A DNA stretch of 64,000 bases from an uncultured SAR86 cluster bacterium. Lineage in GTDB: Bacteria; Pseudomonadota; Gammaproteobacteria; Magnimaribacterales; AG-339-G14. The notes under the pieces are model-generated. The model saw nothing but the letters and a program-made list of their open reading frames with translations, did not search any database and was not told the origin of the DNA. The position numbers were made by a program, and so were the translations under genes. Positions within the stretch are counted from its first letter, which is position 1. Every line of letters begins with the position of its first letter. The stretch covers positions 883-64,882 of the forward strand of contig CACELJ010000001.1 in NCBI GenBank assembly GCA_902560275.1, written 5' to 3'. Positions 10,142 to 21,300 of this stretch are shown here, piece after piece.

Positions 10142-11071
10142 GTGATAAGACTTTTACTTACAGTTAGCTTCATAAATATATTATTCAGTGTATTTTTATT
10201 CATAAAACCATCTGAAATTAAAGAAGATTTAATTTTTGAAATTAACAGAGGAGATTCTTACCTAAACATTATTGAAAACCTAGAAAACATAGATATAACC
10301 ATTCCCTCATTTGTTACGGTTATCCTTCAATACACTTCTTTGGACAAAAATATCACTTACGGAGATTATTTGATAAGAAAACATGAGAATCTTATCTCTG
10401 TTTTAACAAAAATAATTTCATCAGATACCCATTTTAGAAAGTATAGAATCCCCGAAGGTTCCACTATTAGTTCAATACTGGATAGATCGAACGTACCAGT
10501 TTCTTTAAAGATCAATGGAATTAAATTCGACAAAACAAACATCCATGCTCTTGAGGGGAGATTCCATCCAAATACCTACTACTATTCAAGCGTTGAAGAT
10601 AGTGAAGATGTCTTTTTAGAAGCAATCCTTACTCAAGACAGTCTTTTAGAAAAGTACTGGAATTCAAGAACTCCTTACGTTTCTTTACAAGAACCTCAGG
10701 AACTTTTAGTTCTAGCATCCTTATTAGAAAAAGAGGCATGTCCTAATGAACATAAAAAAGTAGCAGGCGTTATTTATAACAGGCTGCGTTTAAATATGCC
10801 TCTGCAAATCGATTCTTCGGTAATTTATGGTATTGAGGACTTTGATGGAGATATTAAAAAGCATCATTTGAGGAAAGATACCCCTTTCAATACATATACA
10901 AATAAAGGATTACCTCCCATGCCGATATCAAATCCATCTGAATCAGCCATAAGGGCGGCATCAAATCCCGACGTACATAGCTTTCTATATTTTGTTGCGA
11001 AAGATAGATGTGCTCATCATTTTTCTGAAACATACGATGAGCACAAAGAAGCTATAAAAAAATATCAATAG
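10142..11071 (+). CDS. mltG: endolytic murein transglycosylase MltG (YceG family)
   Basis: N-terminal TM helix, LASLLEKE catalytic block, YNTY...GLPPMPISNP. It sits in the fabF-mltG-tmk-holB order. Confidence 0.85.
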   Translation: MIRLLLTVSFINILFSVFLFIKPSEIKEDLIFEINRGDSYLNIIENLENIDITIPSFVTVILQYTSLDKNITYGDYLIRKHENLISVLTKIISSDTHFRKYRIPEGSTISSILDRSNVPVSLKINGIKFDKTNIHALEGRFHPNTYYYSSVEDSEDVFLEAILTQDSLLEKYWNSRTPYVSLQEPQELLVLASLLEKEACPNEHKKVAGVIYNRLRLNMPLQIDSSVIYGIEDFDGDIKKHHLRKDTPFNTYTNKGLPPMPISNPSESAIRAASNPDVHSFLYFVAKDRCAHHFSETYDEHKEAIKKYQ

Positions 11072-11102
11072 AATAATCTTGTAGTTTGATAAACTTCACT
11101 GA

Positions 11103-11696
11103 ATGTTTATTAGCGTAGAGGGTATTGAAGGATGTGGAAAATCAACTCTAGTAAATGGTCTAGGTCAGTATCTTCAAGAAAGAAATATTGACTATGTAAT
11201 CACTAAGGAGCCAGGCAGTACCTCAATAGGGAAAATCCTTCGTTCAATTCTTCTAGATAAAAAGCAACAAATTAGTCCTTTAACAGAACTTTTATTAATG
11301 TTCTCTGATAGATTGGACCATCTAGATAAAGTGATAAAGCCATCTCTAGAAGAAGGAAAAATTGTTATTACAGATCGCTATATTGATTCAACTTATGCCT
11401 ACCAAGGCGCTGGCAGAGGTATCCCCAAAAATATTATTGATAATCTAGTCAGCCAAACAGAAATAATGTTACCTGATAAAACTATTTTGTTAGATCTTAG
11501 TCCGGAAGTAGGTTTGAAAAGAGCTTCCACAAGAAATGAACTTGATAGATTTGAATCAGAGAATATAGAGTTCCATGAAAGGTTAAGGAAAAGTTTCTTA
11601 GGTTTGGCAGACGATAATCCTGATAGGTTCATAACCGTTGACGCTGAACAAGAGTCTGACAAAGTTCTTCAATCAGTTATCAATAAACTTTTTTGA
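11103..11696 (+). CDS. tmk: thymidylate kinase
   Basis: P-loop EGIEGCGKST, plus DRYIDSTYAYQGAGRG. Confidence 0.9.
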   Translation: MFISVEGIEGCGKSTLVNGLGQYLQERNIDYVITKEPGSTSIGKILRSILLDKKQQISPLTELLLMFSDRLDHLDKVIKPSLEEGKIVITDRYIDSTYAYQGAGRGIPKNIIDNLVSQTEIMLPDKTILLDLSPEVGLKRASTRNELDRFESENIEFHERLRKSFLGLADDNPDRFITVDAEQESDKVLQSVINKLF

Positions 11697-11697
11697 A

Positions 11698-12588
11698 ATG
11701 ACTAAGGATTTAGAGAATCTGATTAATTTAATTTTTATGAGCAGCGCTTCCTCTTTGCTTCTGTCTGGAAATTCAATATCACAACCTGAAAAAATTGCAT
11801 TGCACGTAGCTCAATCTTTTTTGTGTAAAGATATCAAAAAAAATAATTTGTTCTGCAATGATTGTCATTCATGTAATTTATTTTCTGCCAATTCTCATCC
11901 TGATATTAAAGTAATTGAGCGTTCAAAAGACAGAACTCAAATTCAAATTAAACAGATTAGAGATGCATCAGATTTCATATATTCGACTCCATTGATTGCC
12001 GATAAAAAAATTGTATTAATCCTTAGAGCTGATGAGTTGAATTTTTTTGCGCAAGACACCTTATTGAAGTCATTAGAAGAGCCGCCAGAAAATTTAAAGT
12101 TTATTTTAACCACTTCTTTACCTTACAGACTTAAGCCAACAGTTTTAAGCAGATTAACGCACTATAAACTTAATCCTGAAACGCATAGTCTGAAATCTGA
12201 TTTAAATAATGATGGATCTATCGACATCAATAAAAATGATTACCCAGAAGAATGCTGGAACAAAGAAGAAAAAGTCATTAGATTGTTTGATGATTTGGTC
12301 TCACTAAAAGGGAGGGAGATAATCAATTACTTAATCAAAGATAAAGATAAGGATAACTTGCTAATAAAGCTTAATTGGTTATCAAAAATAATTGAAGAAA
12401 GCATTCTCATTCATTTCACAGAAACTTTAAGTGATACTCCATTTGCTCAAATTTCCAAAGAAGTTAAAAATACTTTAGATGCAGGTACATTGATCTATCT
12501 TTACGATGAAATTTTGCCTGTGATAAATTCCTTACAGTCAAATGAAAATCTTAACTATGATTTTCAAACTGCTGCAATTAGCTACTGA
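11698..12588 (+). CDS. holB: DNA polymerase III delta' subunit
   Basis: CNDCHSCNLFSANSHPD zinc-module/HPD block, and KSLEEPPEN. The ATG at 11698 lies 1 nt after the tmk stop. Synteny supports the call. Confidence 0.75.
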   Translation: MTKDLENLINLIFMSSASSLLLSGNSISQPEKIALHVAQSFLCKDIKKNNLFCNDCHSCNLFSANSHPDIKVIERSKDRTQIQIKQIRDASDFIYSTPLIADKKIVLILRADELNFFAQDTLLKSLEEPPENLKFILTTSLPYRLKPTVLSRLTHYKLNPETHSLKSDLNNDGSIDINKNDYPEECWNKEEKVIRLFDDLVSLKGREIINYLIKDKDKDNLLIKLNWLSKIIEESILIHFTETLSDTPFAQISKEVKNTLDAGTLIYLYDEILPVINSLQSNENLNYDFQTAAISY

Positions 12589-13264
12589 TTTTTTTAAGAA
12601 TTAATTGGTAAATTGAATAAACAGGGAAAGCTACTAGAATCATTTGTAAGTAGATAGTGATGCAATTACCAATAAAACTTAAAACCACTGACATTTCATC
12701 TTCAGACGATATTCCTAAAACTGCATAAAGAATCAAAACAAAAGAAATCGTTATAAGAGTTAATAAAACTCCTGCGTTGAATAAAGACCAGTGTACTTCT
12801 CTGGATTCATTCCATAAATTGTCTAAAGAACCAAAGATAGAGTTTCCTTCCAAGACTAAGTAATAGACTGAGTAAGTAAACCTAAATTGTATATAAAGAC
12901 CTGGAACAATAAATAAAACTAAACCTATTATTGTCATAATTCCAATGATCACTTGAAGAATGAAAATCTTTAAAGCTAGTTGGGCTGCAACTATCACATA
13001 GCCGATGAGTTTATTTAGAGATCCATTTCTTAAATCTCTACCTATTAAGATTGCCATTCCGGTGTAAAGAGGAGTCAAGAAAATAACTTGAAAAACTAGA
13101 ATCAATGCGGCAACAACAAAGTAATCTTCTCCTAAAGAGAATAAATAATCTGCAGCAGTAGAAAGTAGACCAATAAATAGGATTGGAAATAAAAATATCT
13201 TAGAAAAAGCTAAAAAATTATTAAAATATAATGTGAAGCCTGATGTGATAGCGTTTAAAATCAT
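12578..13264 (-). CDS. multipass inner-membrane protein (YciC/UPF0259-like?)
   Basis: 228 aa with about 6 hydrophobic segments. It loosely resembles YciC around FIVPGLYIQFRF. Its 3' end overlaps the convergent holB by 11 nt. Confidence 0.45.
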   Translation of the reverse strand: MILNAITSGFTLYFNNFLAFSKIFLFPILFIGLLSTAADYLFSLGEDYFVVAALILVFQVIFLTPLYTGMAILIGRDLRNGSLNKLIGYVIVAAQLALKIFILQVIIGIMTIIGLVLFIVPGLYIQFRFTYSVYYLVLEGNSIFGSLDNLWNESREVHWSLFNAGVLLTLITISFVLILYAVLGISSEDEMSVVLSFIGNCITIYLQMILVAFPVYSIYQLILKKISS

Positions 13265-13288
13265 AGAAAAATAAATGTAGGAGACATT

Positions 13289-13519
13289 ATGATAGAAATT
13301 TGGTCAAAACCACAATGCCCATTCTGCGATGCAGCCGTTCAAATATGTGAAACAAAGGATTTAGAATTTAAAAAATATATGCTTGATGAAGATTTCAATC
13401 GAGAAGAATTCACAGAAAAATTTCCAAACGCCAGAACCTTTCCTCAAATTATTGTTGATGGAGAGTTAGTTGGCGGCTATCAAGAATTTAATCAATACGT
13501 CCAAACAAAATCTATTTAG
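13289..13519 (+). CDS. glutaredoxin
   Basis: 76 aa with a CPFC active site and TFPQIIVDGELVGGY. Confidence 0.8.
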   Translation: MIEIWSKPQCPFCDAAVQICETKDLEFKKYMLDEDFNREEFTEKFPNARTFPQIIVDGELVGGYQEFNQYVQTKSI

Positions 13520-13521
13520 CA

Positions 13522-15164
13522 GTGGATTCGATAAATTCAGCAATTCTGCTGATTGATAGTTACTTTGGTAGCTCTCCGTGGTTTCCAGCTTTACTTTTGG
13601 GAACAGGTATTTTTTTACTATCTATCTTAAATTCCCACAAATCATTTTTTTTAACAGAGCTTGGAAAATTCTTTTTTCTGGAAATAAATATAAAGATAAC
13701 AAAGGAGAAACTACACCTTTCCAAGCTTTAAGCACTGCTTTATCCGGAACAGTTGGAACTGGAAATATTGGAGGAGTGGCAATGGCAATCTTCATCGGTG
13801 GACCTGCTGCACTTTTTTGGATGTGGATTACTGCATTCTTGGGAATGACAACTAAATATGTCGAAGTATCTTTAGCCCATAAATACAGGATTTCATTAGA
13901 AGACGGATCTATTGCCGGCGGTCCAATGTATTACATGCAAAATGGCTTGAAGTATAAATGGTTGGGAATTATCTTTGCGTTTTGTTTGTTAGTCACTACA
14001 TTTGGTTCTGGGATGATGCCCCAAATAGACAATATCAGCAGTACGTTATTTTCCAGTTTTTCTATCCCTAATCTTACGACGTCAATTGTCATGACTATCT
14101 TAGTTGGACTAGTGATAATTGGGGGGCTTAAAAGAATAGCTTCGGTTGCCGCTTCCATTGTGCCAACAATGGCCACAATTTATTTTATTGGTGCACTGAG
14201 TGTAATTTTTTATAACTATGAAAATATCCTTCCTACTTTTCAAATGATATTGAGCGATATCTTTACGGGAACTTCAGTAGTCGGAGGATTTTTAGGTGCA
14301 AGCATAGCTACGGCTTTCAATTATGGAGTTGCAAGAGGACTATATTCAAACGAGGCGGGCCAAGGCTCAGCGCCTATTGCACATGCTACTTCTAAAACGA
14401 AAGAATCTATTGAGGAAGGTTTTGTATCTATTCTCGAACCTTTTATTGACACAATTGTAATCTGTACCCTCACCGGGCTGGTTATCCTTTCTTCAGGGGC
14501 ATGGATAGAGAAGTATGAAAATAAATTCGAAAGAACAACTTTTTTTATTCTAGAGGGAAGTTTTGATGAAACTGACTCGGAAGAATTAATCGATTTCTTT
14601 CAAGGAAATAATAATTCCATCAACCTTCATTCAGGAGAAATAAGCATTAAGTCAGGAAGGATTGAGGGAAATTATTCTTTTATAAACAATAGATCGTTCG
14701 CAGAAGATATCCTTGTCTATGAAAATGAAAATCTATTTAACGGTGAAATTATCGTAAAGGATGGCTTAGTTTTATCTGATGTGGATATCGTTGGAAAATC
14801 TTTAGTTAAATCCGCTGTTCTGACCAGTAAAGCATTTAATAAAGGTTTTTTTGGTGATTATGGAGAATACATTGTCACTTTAGGTCTTTTATTGTTTGCA
14901 TTCAGCACAGTGGTGTCATGGTCTTACTACGGAGATCGATGCACAATTTATTTATTCGGTAAAAAATACGTTTTTTTATATAGGATTGTTTACATGTCAG
15001 CTTTTTTTATTGTTGGCACAGGTTGGATTGATACAGAAATAATATGGAATTTTGCTCTGATTACTGTAGCTGCAGCTGCATTACCAAACCTAATTGCCAT
15101 TTTTTTACTTTCTAAAGAAATGAGAACTCTTCAAGATAATTACACTCAAGAAAGGGAGAATTGA
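13522..15164 (+). CDS. alanine/glycine:cation symporter (AgcS family), reading frame broken once near the 5' end
   Basis: The main body (frame of 13578) has FQALSTALSGTVGTGNIGGVAMAI and GPAALFWMWITAF. The family N-terminus (SPWFPALLLGTGIF) is encoded in the frame of the GTG at 13522. The two frames join at the T7 run at 13610-13616. Confidence 0.8.
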
Positions 15165-15165
15165 G

Positions 15166-16257
15166 ATAAAAATTGAGGCTGTTGTTATCGGTGCTGGAGT
15201 CGTTGGTTTAGCTGTTGGAAAATCTTTAGCCGATAAAGGCATCGAAGTAGCTGTTATTGAGAAAGAAAAAAGAATAGGTGAAGGTGCTAGCACAAGAAAT
15301 TCTGGCGTTATTCATGCTGGTCTTTATTACTCTCCAAAATCTCTTAAAGCTAAAGTGTGTTGCGACGGTAGACAGAAGCTTTATGAATATGCAGCTACAA
15401 AAAATATTCCATTTAAAAAAACTGGGAAGCTTATAGTGGCGACTGAAAAAAACCAGCTCGAAGAGCTTCAGTTATTATATGAAAATGGAAAATCTAATGG
15501 AGTTCCATTAAAAATGCTCTCAAAAGAAAAGGTGAATGTTCTTGAAGAAGAGATAAAGTGTGAAAAAGCAATTTTTTCAAATGAGTCTGGAATAATAAGT
15601 GTCCCAGAATATTTGACTGCCTTAGAGGAGGACATAAAAAAAACCGGATATGTAGTTTTAGCTTCTGAGTTAAAACATGCCAAAAAAGTCAATGGACATT
15701 TTGAATTAATACTTAATTCAAGCGATAAAATTCAATGTAATTTTTTGATTAATGCCTCAGGCCTTCATACGGAAGACGTCGCCAATAGAATCGAAGAAAT
15801 AAACTTACCAAAAATTAAAACAGTGATGTATGCAAAAGGTCACTACTATCTATATAAAAAGAAAAATTCTTTTAAGCACCTAATCTATCCGCTTCCTAAC
15901 TCAAATGGTCATGGTATTCATGCTGGAATGGATATTGAAAATAATCTTCGCTTTGGACCAAATGCAAAATGGGTGGATTCCATCGAGTATTCTTTTGATG
16001 AATATACTTTGGATGAGTTTTGTAATTCAATTAAATCTTATTGGATAAATTTTGATCCTTCTTGTTTAACACCAGATTACACAGGAATCCGATCAAAAAC
16101 AGTAGCTGAAGGCGAGGGTAGTCAGGATTTTGAAATTCTTGATGCAAGTGATCACGGACTTGAAAATTTGATTCATTTACAAGGTATCGATAGTCCAGGT
16201 TTAACCAGTTCTCTATCAATCGCTGCTGAGGTAATTAGCAAATTAGGAATCCACTAA
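15166..16257 (+). CDS. FAD-dependent oxidoreductase (L-2-hydroxyglutarate oxidase/dehydrogenase-like, COG0579 type); start codon uncertain
   Basis: The in-frame extension upstream of the track start (15355) encodes IEAVVIGAGVVGLAVGKSLADKGIEVAVIEKEKRIGEGASTRNSGVIHAGLYY, a Rossmann GxGxxG motif. The C-terminus has GIDSPGLTSSLSIA. The frame opens after the TGA at 15121-15123. Confidence 0.75.
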   Translation: MKIEAVVIGAGVVGLAVGKSLADKGIEVAVIEKEKRIGEGASTRNSGVIHAGLYYSPKSLKAKVCCDGRQKLYEYAATKNIPFKKTGKLIVATEKNQLEELQLLYENGKSNGVPLKMLSKEKVNVLEEEIKCEKAIFSNESGIISVPEYLTALEEDIKKTGYVVLASELKHAKKVNGHFELILNSSDKIQCNFLINASGLHTEDVANRIEEINLPKIKTVMYAKGHYYLYKKKNSFKHLIYPLPNSNGHGIHAGMDIENNLRFGPNAKWVDSIEYSFDEYTLDEFCNSIKSYWINFDPSCLTPDYTGIRSKTVAEGEGSQDFEILDASDHGLENLIHLQGIDSPGLTSSLSIAAEVISKLGIH

Positions 16258-18282
16258 GCTTATAAAGAAGGTAAAGTCTTCCGAAGTCTCCTTTAATACT
16301 GCTGTCTTTCCGCTTAAGCCTCCATGACCGCCAATTAAGTTTATTCTAAAGAGAACTTTATTATTTGAAGTTGAAAGATCTCTTAATTTAGCAACGTATT
16401 TCGCAGGCTCGTAGTATTGAACTTGTGAATCGAATAGCGAAGAAGTCACCAAAATATTCGGATATGGAAGATTGGATAAATTATCGTAGGGTGAATAACT
16501 CTTCATATAGTCGTAATCTTTTTTATTATTTGGATTACCCCATTCATCGTATTCGAAAGTTGTTAATGGAATAGATTCATCAAGCATAGTTGTCACAACA
16601 TCCATGAAAGGGACTGCAGCTAAAATACCTTTATATAACTCCGGAGCTTCGTTTGCTACAGCACCCATTAATAAACCGCCGGCACTCCCCCCCATAGCGA
16701 AAACATTATCTTTATCTCCAAAACCTTTTTTTAAACATCCATGAGTTACATCAATAAAGTCATAAAAGGTATTTTTCTTCTTGCGCATGCGTCCATTCTC
16801 ATACCAATGTTTACCCATTTCAGATCCGCCCCGAATATGCGCTAAAACAAATATAAAGTTTTCTTCTAATAAGGGCACAATGCTGGAACGAAAATTAGCA
16901 TCAATTATGTGGCCGTAGGATCCGTATCCGTAAAAGAGTATGGGTTTTTTATGTAAGGGGGTGCCGTTATCCTTGTAAACAAGAGATGCAGGAACTCTTA
17001 TGTTATCTCTAGATTTCAATGAAAGTCTTTCGACTTTCAAGCCTTTTGTCTCGCACTTAATTTTTGATTTCCAAATAACGGATCTTCTACCAGAAATTAA
17101 TGACTCCTTATAAACAGTCTCTGGTTTATTGAGCGATGAATACGCAAAACAAAAATAATCAGCTTTTGGATCATGATTGCCTGCTAGAGAAACGTCATAA
17201 CACGGCTCATCAAATTTAATGTATTCATGAGTCCTGTTTTTGGTATTAATTTTTAATATCTGAGGAAGACCGTTTTCTCTTACATCAAGAAGAATATGAT
17301 TTTTAAATATTTCGAAATCCAATAAATATCTTTTTTTACTTTCTTTAAGAACTGTTTTCCATTTTTTAAATTGATGACAAACGGATAAATCAGAATATTT
17401 AAGAGAAAAGTTGTCCTGACCGACCATGTTTGTCATGACGTAAAAAGTATTATTAAAAATATCTACGTAATATTTATGTTTTTTCTTTCTTTTAAGAATT
17501 AATTTCAATTTGGTTGGATTATTTAACGAGAAGAATCGAACTTCATTTGCATTCGTCTGGCTGGAGTAAATAAATCCATACTCTTTATCTCTTGAAATTC
17601 CTAAACTGCAATGAAATTGTGGGTCGGTTTCTTCAAATAAAAGTATGTCATTTTTTTGTGAGGTTCCAATTGTATGAAGTAAGACTTTATTGCTCGTTAA
17701 TGTCGTTTCATCTCTTTTAATATAAATAATATTCTTCGAGTTTTTAGACCAAATAAATTGTCCGTCCGTTCCAGAAATCTTATCTGATAGGTTTTCTCCT
17801 GTTTTTATGTTTTTAACTTTGATTGTGTATTCTCTGCGTCCATTGATATCTTCAGCGTATGCCAACATTTGGTTGTCTTTGGAAGGTGAGACACCCGAAA
17901 CTTGATAGAACTTTTTATTTTTAGCTAATTTATTGATATCTAAAATCAATTCTTTCTTTGAATTTTTTTTCTTTGATCGATAGTATTTTCTATACTCATT
18001 TTTTTTTAAGGTTTCTGAAAAATAAAAAAATCCATCTCTTTCAATCTTCAATGACTCATCTTTAACAGGAATATAACCATTCAGTTTTTTGAAGTAATTC
18101 TTAGAAATATTTGATTGAGTTTTGATCCAATCATCATGATAAGCTCGCTCAGTTTTTAAATAGTCTAGAACTGCCTTATTTTTTCTAGTGTCATCTCTGA
18201 GCCAATAATAGTTATCAATTCTTGAGTCGTTATGTTTTTTTAAAACTTTCTTGACTTTTTTAGCTTTAGGTAGCGTCTTCAT
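16243..18282 (-). CDS. ptrB: oligopeptidase B / prolyl oligopeptidase family S9 serine peptidase
   Basis: 679 aa with a beta-propeller N-half, nucleophile motif GGSAGGLLMG, and C-terminal GGHGG. Confidence 0.85.
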   Translation of the reverse strand: MKTLPKAKKVKKVLKKHNDSRIDNYYWLRDDTRKNKAVLDYLKTERAYHDDWIKTQSNISKNYFKKLNGYIPVKDESLKIERDGFFYFSETLKKNEYRKYYRSKKKNSKKELILDINKLAKNKKFYQVSGVSPSKDNQMLAYAEDINGRREYTIKVKNIKTGENLSDKISGTDGQFIWSKNSKNIIYIKRDETTLTSNKVLLHTIGTSQKNDILLFEETDPQFHCSLGISRDKEYGFIYSSQTNANEVRFFSLNNPTKLKLILKRKKKHKYYVDIFNNTFYVMTNMVGQDNFSLKYSDLSVCHQFKKWKTVLKESKKRYLLDFEIFKNHILLDVRENGLPQILKINTKNRTHEYIKFDEPCYDVSLAGNHDPKADYFCFAYSSLNKPETVYKESLISGRRSVIWKSKIKCETKGLKVERLSLKSRDNIRVPASLVYKDNGTPLHKKPILFYGYGSYGHIIDANFRSSIVPLLEENFIFVLAHIRGGSEMGKHWYENGRMRKKKNTFYDFIDVTHGCLKKGFGDKDNVFAMGGSAGGLLMGAVANEAPELYKGILAAVPFMDVVTTMLDESIPLTTFEYDEWGNPNNKKDYDYMKSYSPYDNLSNLPYPNILVTSSLFDSQVQYYEPAKYVAKLRDLSTSNNKVLFRINLIGGHGGLSGKTAVLKETSEDFTFFISLVDS

Positions 18283-18374
18283 AATATTTAATTGTCTTTT
18301 ATTCTTTGATCTTTATAATCCGCAACCATTAAGGATGATTATTTTAAAAACTTTCAATTTCTAAGGAGCTTTAT

Positions 18375-21300
18375 ATGAAATTTTTCCATCACCTCTTAAT
18401 TGCATTATTTTTATTTTCCGCAAACTTTTTCGCTCAATCTGACAACGAAGATTATACGCTTGAGGAGATAATTGTAACTGCTCAAAAAACAGAAAAATCA
18501 TTACAAGATGTTCCAATTGCTGTTTCTGCTTTATCAGCTGATGATTTAGCTTTAAGACAAGCAGTGAGATTTACTGATTTGCAACTTAACGTTCCTAACC
18601 TAAGTTATTCAGAGACTAACTTCGGTGGTAGCTCGGTGTCTATCAGAGGTATTGGAAGACTTGCCACTGGAATTTCTTTTGACCAATCAGTGACAACACA
18701 TATAAACGAATCTCCTTGGGGCGAAAATACTAATGTTGCAACTATGTTCGATATGGACAGAGTGGAAGTTCTTAGAGGACCTCAAGGAACATTATTTGGA
18801 AGAGGAACTACTGCAGGACTAGTTAATCTAGTTACCAAAAGACCTTCTGTAGACTCTGGTATTGAAGGCTATGCAGGTTTTACGGCTGGAGAGTACAATC
18901 TTCAGGTTTTTGAAGGCGCTGTAAACATTCCTTTAGATGATAATTTTGCTGTTAGAGCTGCTTACACCCAAACTGAGCGTAATGGTTTTACCGAAAATTT
19001 ATACGCTCCTGTAGGCGGCACCTTTGATGGAAGAGAGCATTATGTCGGAAGAATCTCTTTACGATACGACACAGGAAACACTGTGATCGACTATATGTAT
19101 CAAGAACACGAAGAGGAAAGCACCAGAACTTTAAGAACTAATTATGTTTGTACGCCAAGTGCTAACATCTCTAGAGGTTGTACCTTAGATGGAGAGGGTA
19201 TTGGGATAGCCAATCCTGCGGCTACTTACAACGGAATTCTAGCTGCGGTCTTTTTAGAATCTGCTCCGTTAGGAGCCAATACGGCAACTTATACAGCTTT
19301 TGGATTGAATGATGCACCAAGGCCTGACAACATGACTTTGCGACAGACGCACAGTGATTTTGTTCCAATCTTTGATCGTCAATCTGGAACTCATCAATTA
19401 ACTATTTCTCACGACCTTGATAAGGGAAGGTTATCTCTAAATATGATGAATAGAGAGTCTTCTTCTTATACAAGAATGGATACAACTCTGGCTGTTGAAC
19501 CTTTGCTTGGAGTGAAGGTATCTGATAACCCTCTCACTTACGTTGGAGGCCTTATAAGTGTAGACATGTTAGATCATTGTGTAGCGGATCAGTGTGGAAC
19601 AAAAGGACCAACTCAAGCAGAAAGATTAAGCGGTCAATCAGGTAAATACGTTTTACAAACTACCAACAGAAATTCTTTCATTGACGGATCCAGTAATGAA
19701 CAACTTACCGAGTATTTAGAGCTTAAATACAGTTCTGATCTTGACGGAATTTTTAACTACATCGTGGGTATAAATCATTATGGTCATTACGAAGACGATA
19801 GTTACTTAACTACTTCTTCACCTCTAACATTGTTAGGGGATGCTCAATTCTTTGTACCAACCACGTTTGGTAATACAAATGAGTATGCACTAGAAGCAAG
19901 CGGTTTATTTGGAGAGCTTTATTTCGACGTCCAAGATAATTTAAGAATTACTCTTGGATTACGTTACGGGGAAGAAAAGAAAATTAATGACATCGTTACC
20001 ACTACCTACGGACAAGCAAGAAATGTTGGCGCATTTGCAGGCGTTCCTTGGTTATTAGTGGACGGCGATTTGTATAACTGTTTTGAAGGCATTGCTGGAG
20101 CATTTGGACTAGCTCCAGATCAAGCAGTCATCGGTCAAATTTTAACTGGTCAAGCAAGTAACGGTTGTGGGGTAGGTGAGCAGGAAACAGTGGATCTATA
20201 TGGAGTATCTGCGCAAGTAAATGCTGCTTCAGCAGCATTAGCTGGTGGAATTGCTGCTGCTGGGCAAATTGCTGATCCTCAACAACAAGCTCTTGCTACC
20301 GGAACAGCTTATGCAACTTATTTCATGTCAGTAAAAGACTTAGTTCCGGCTCTTTACGATAGAAGTGAAGATTACAATAAGCCTGGATGGGAGTCGTATC
20401 AGAAAAATAAACTTGATTACACAACTACAGCAGGAAGATTAATCGTTGATTACGCATTCGGTGATGATTCTCTATTGTACGGATCTTACTCTAGAGGTAC
20501 TAAACCAGCTGGTATCAATCCTCCAATTAATCCAAGGATTTATGAAAAAGGTTTGATTCCTGCTAACACAGTTGAAGAGAAAGTTGATTCGTTCGAAATT
20601 GGTATCAAGTCAATTTTGCTTGGCGGTCAAATGCGACTTAACACTTCTTTGTTCTATAACAAATACACCGATATGCAGATATCGAGGATTCTAGCGACCA
20701 CAACTTTTAACTTTAATATCGATTCAGAAAACTACGGTGCTGAAATTGAAATGGATTACGTTCCAGCAGCAGCTCCTAATTTAAGATTAGATTTTATGTT
20801 TGCATACATTAAAACTAAGATCATGGATGATGCGTTAACGATTGATCCATTTAATATTGCTGCCGAAGGCACCAAATATTTTGATGCTAAAAATACTGTC
20901 TACAAATGCATCGATTTGTTTTACGAAGGTGAAGGTTGTGTTGCAAACACATTTATCGCTGATAAAGATCTTGTAAACGCAGCACAAGCAGTCTTAGCTA
21001 GTTTGGATGCTTGGTTGCCGGTTCCCGGAACTACTCAAGCCGATGGTCATCCGATCTACATGTCTAGGGTAGCATTATCAGCTCTTGGAATACCTACTAC
21101 GACTGGAGTTAAACAAAGCATTGATGGCAATAGACTTCCTAACACTCCTGAATTAACTACTTCTCTAGGTCTTTCTTATAACTTTGAGGTAGGCAACGGT
21201 ATTTCTGTAGTTCCAAACATTTATTACTATTATCAAAGTGATATGTACGTAAATGAATTCAATAACGATCTTTACGGAAAAGTTGATGCTTGGGATGAAC

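Noticed and set aside
13522-13731. 69-aa ORF as an independent small gene.
   Set aside because: Its first ~30 residues are the missing N-terminus of the AgcS symporter and the rest is out-of-frame read-through. A frameshift explains it better (see finding).
15105-15293. 62-aa minus-strand ORF between the AgcS and oxidoreductase genes.
   Set aside because: It lies antisense to the Rossmann-fold N-terminus of the oxidoreductase, which is clearly coding on the plus strand.
18283-18374. Possible riboswitch (for example cobalamin or TPP) ahead of the TonB-dependent receptors.
   Set aside because: The leaders are too short (92, about 140 and 116 nt including promoter or terminator) and lack the conserved cores of those riboswitches.
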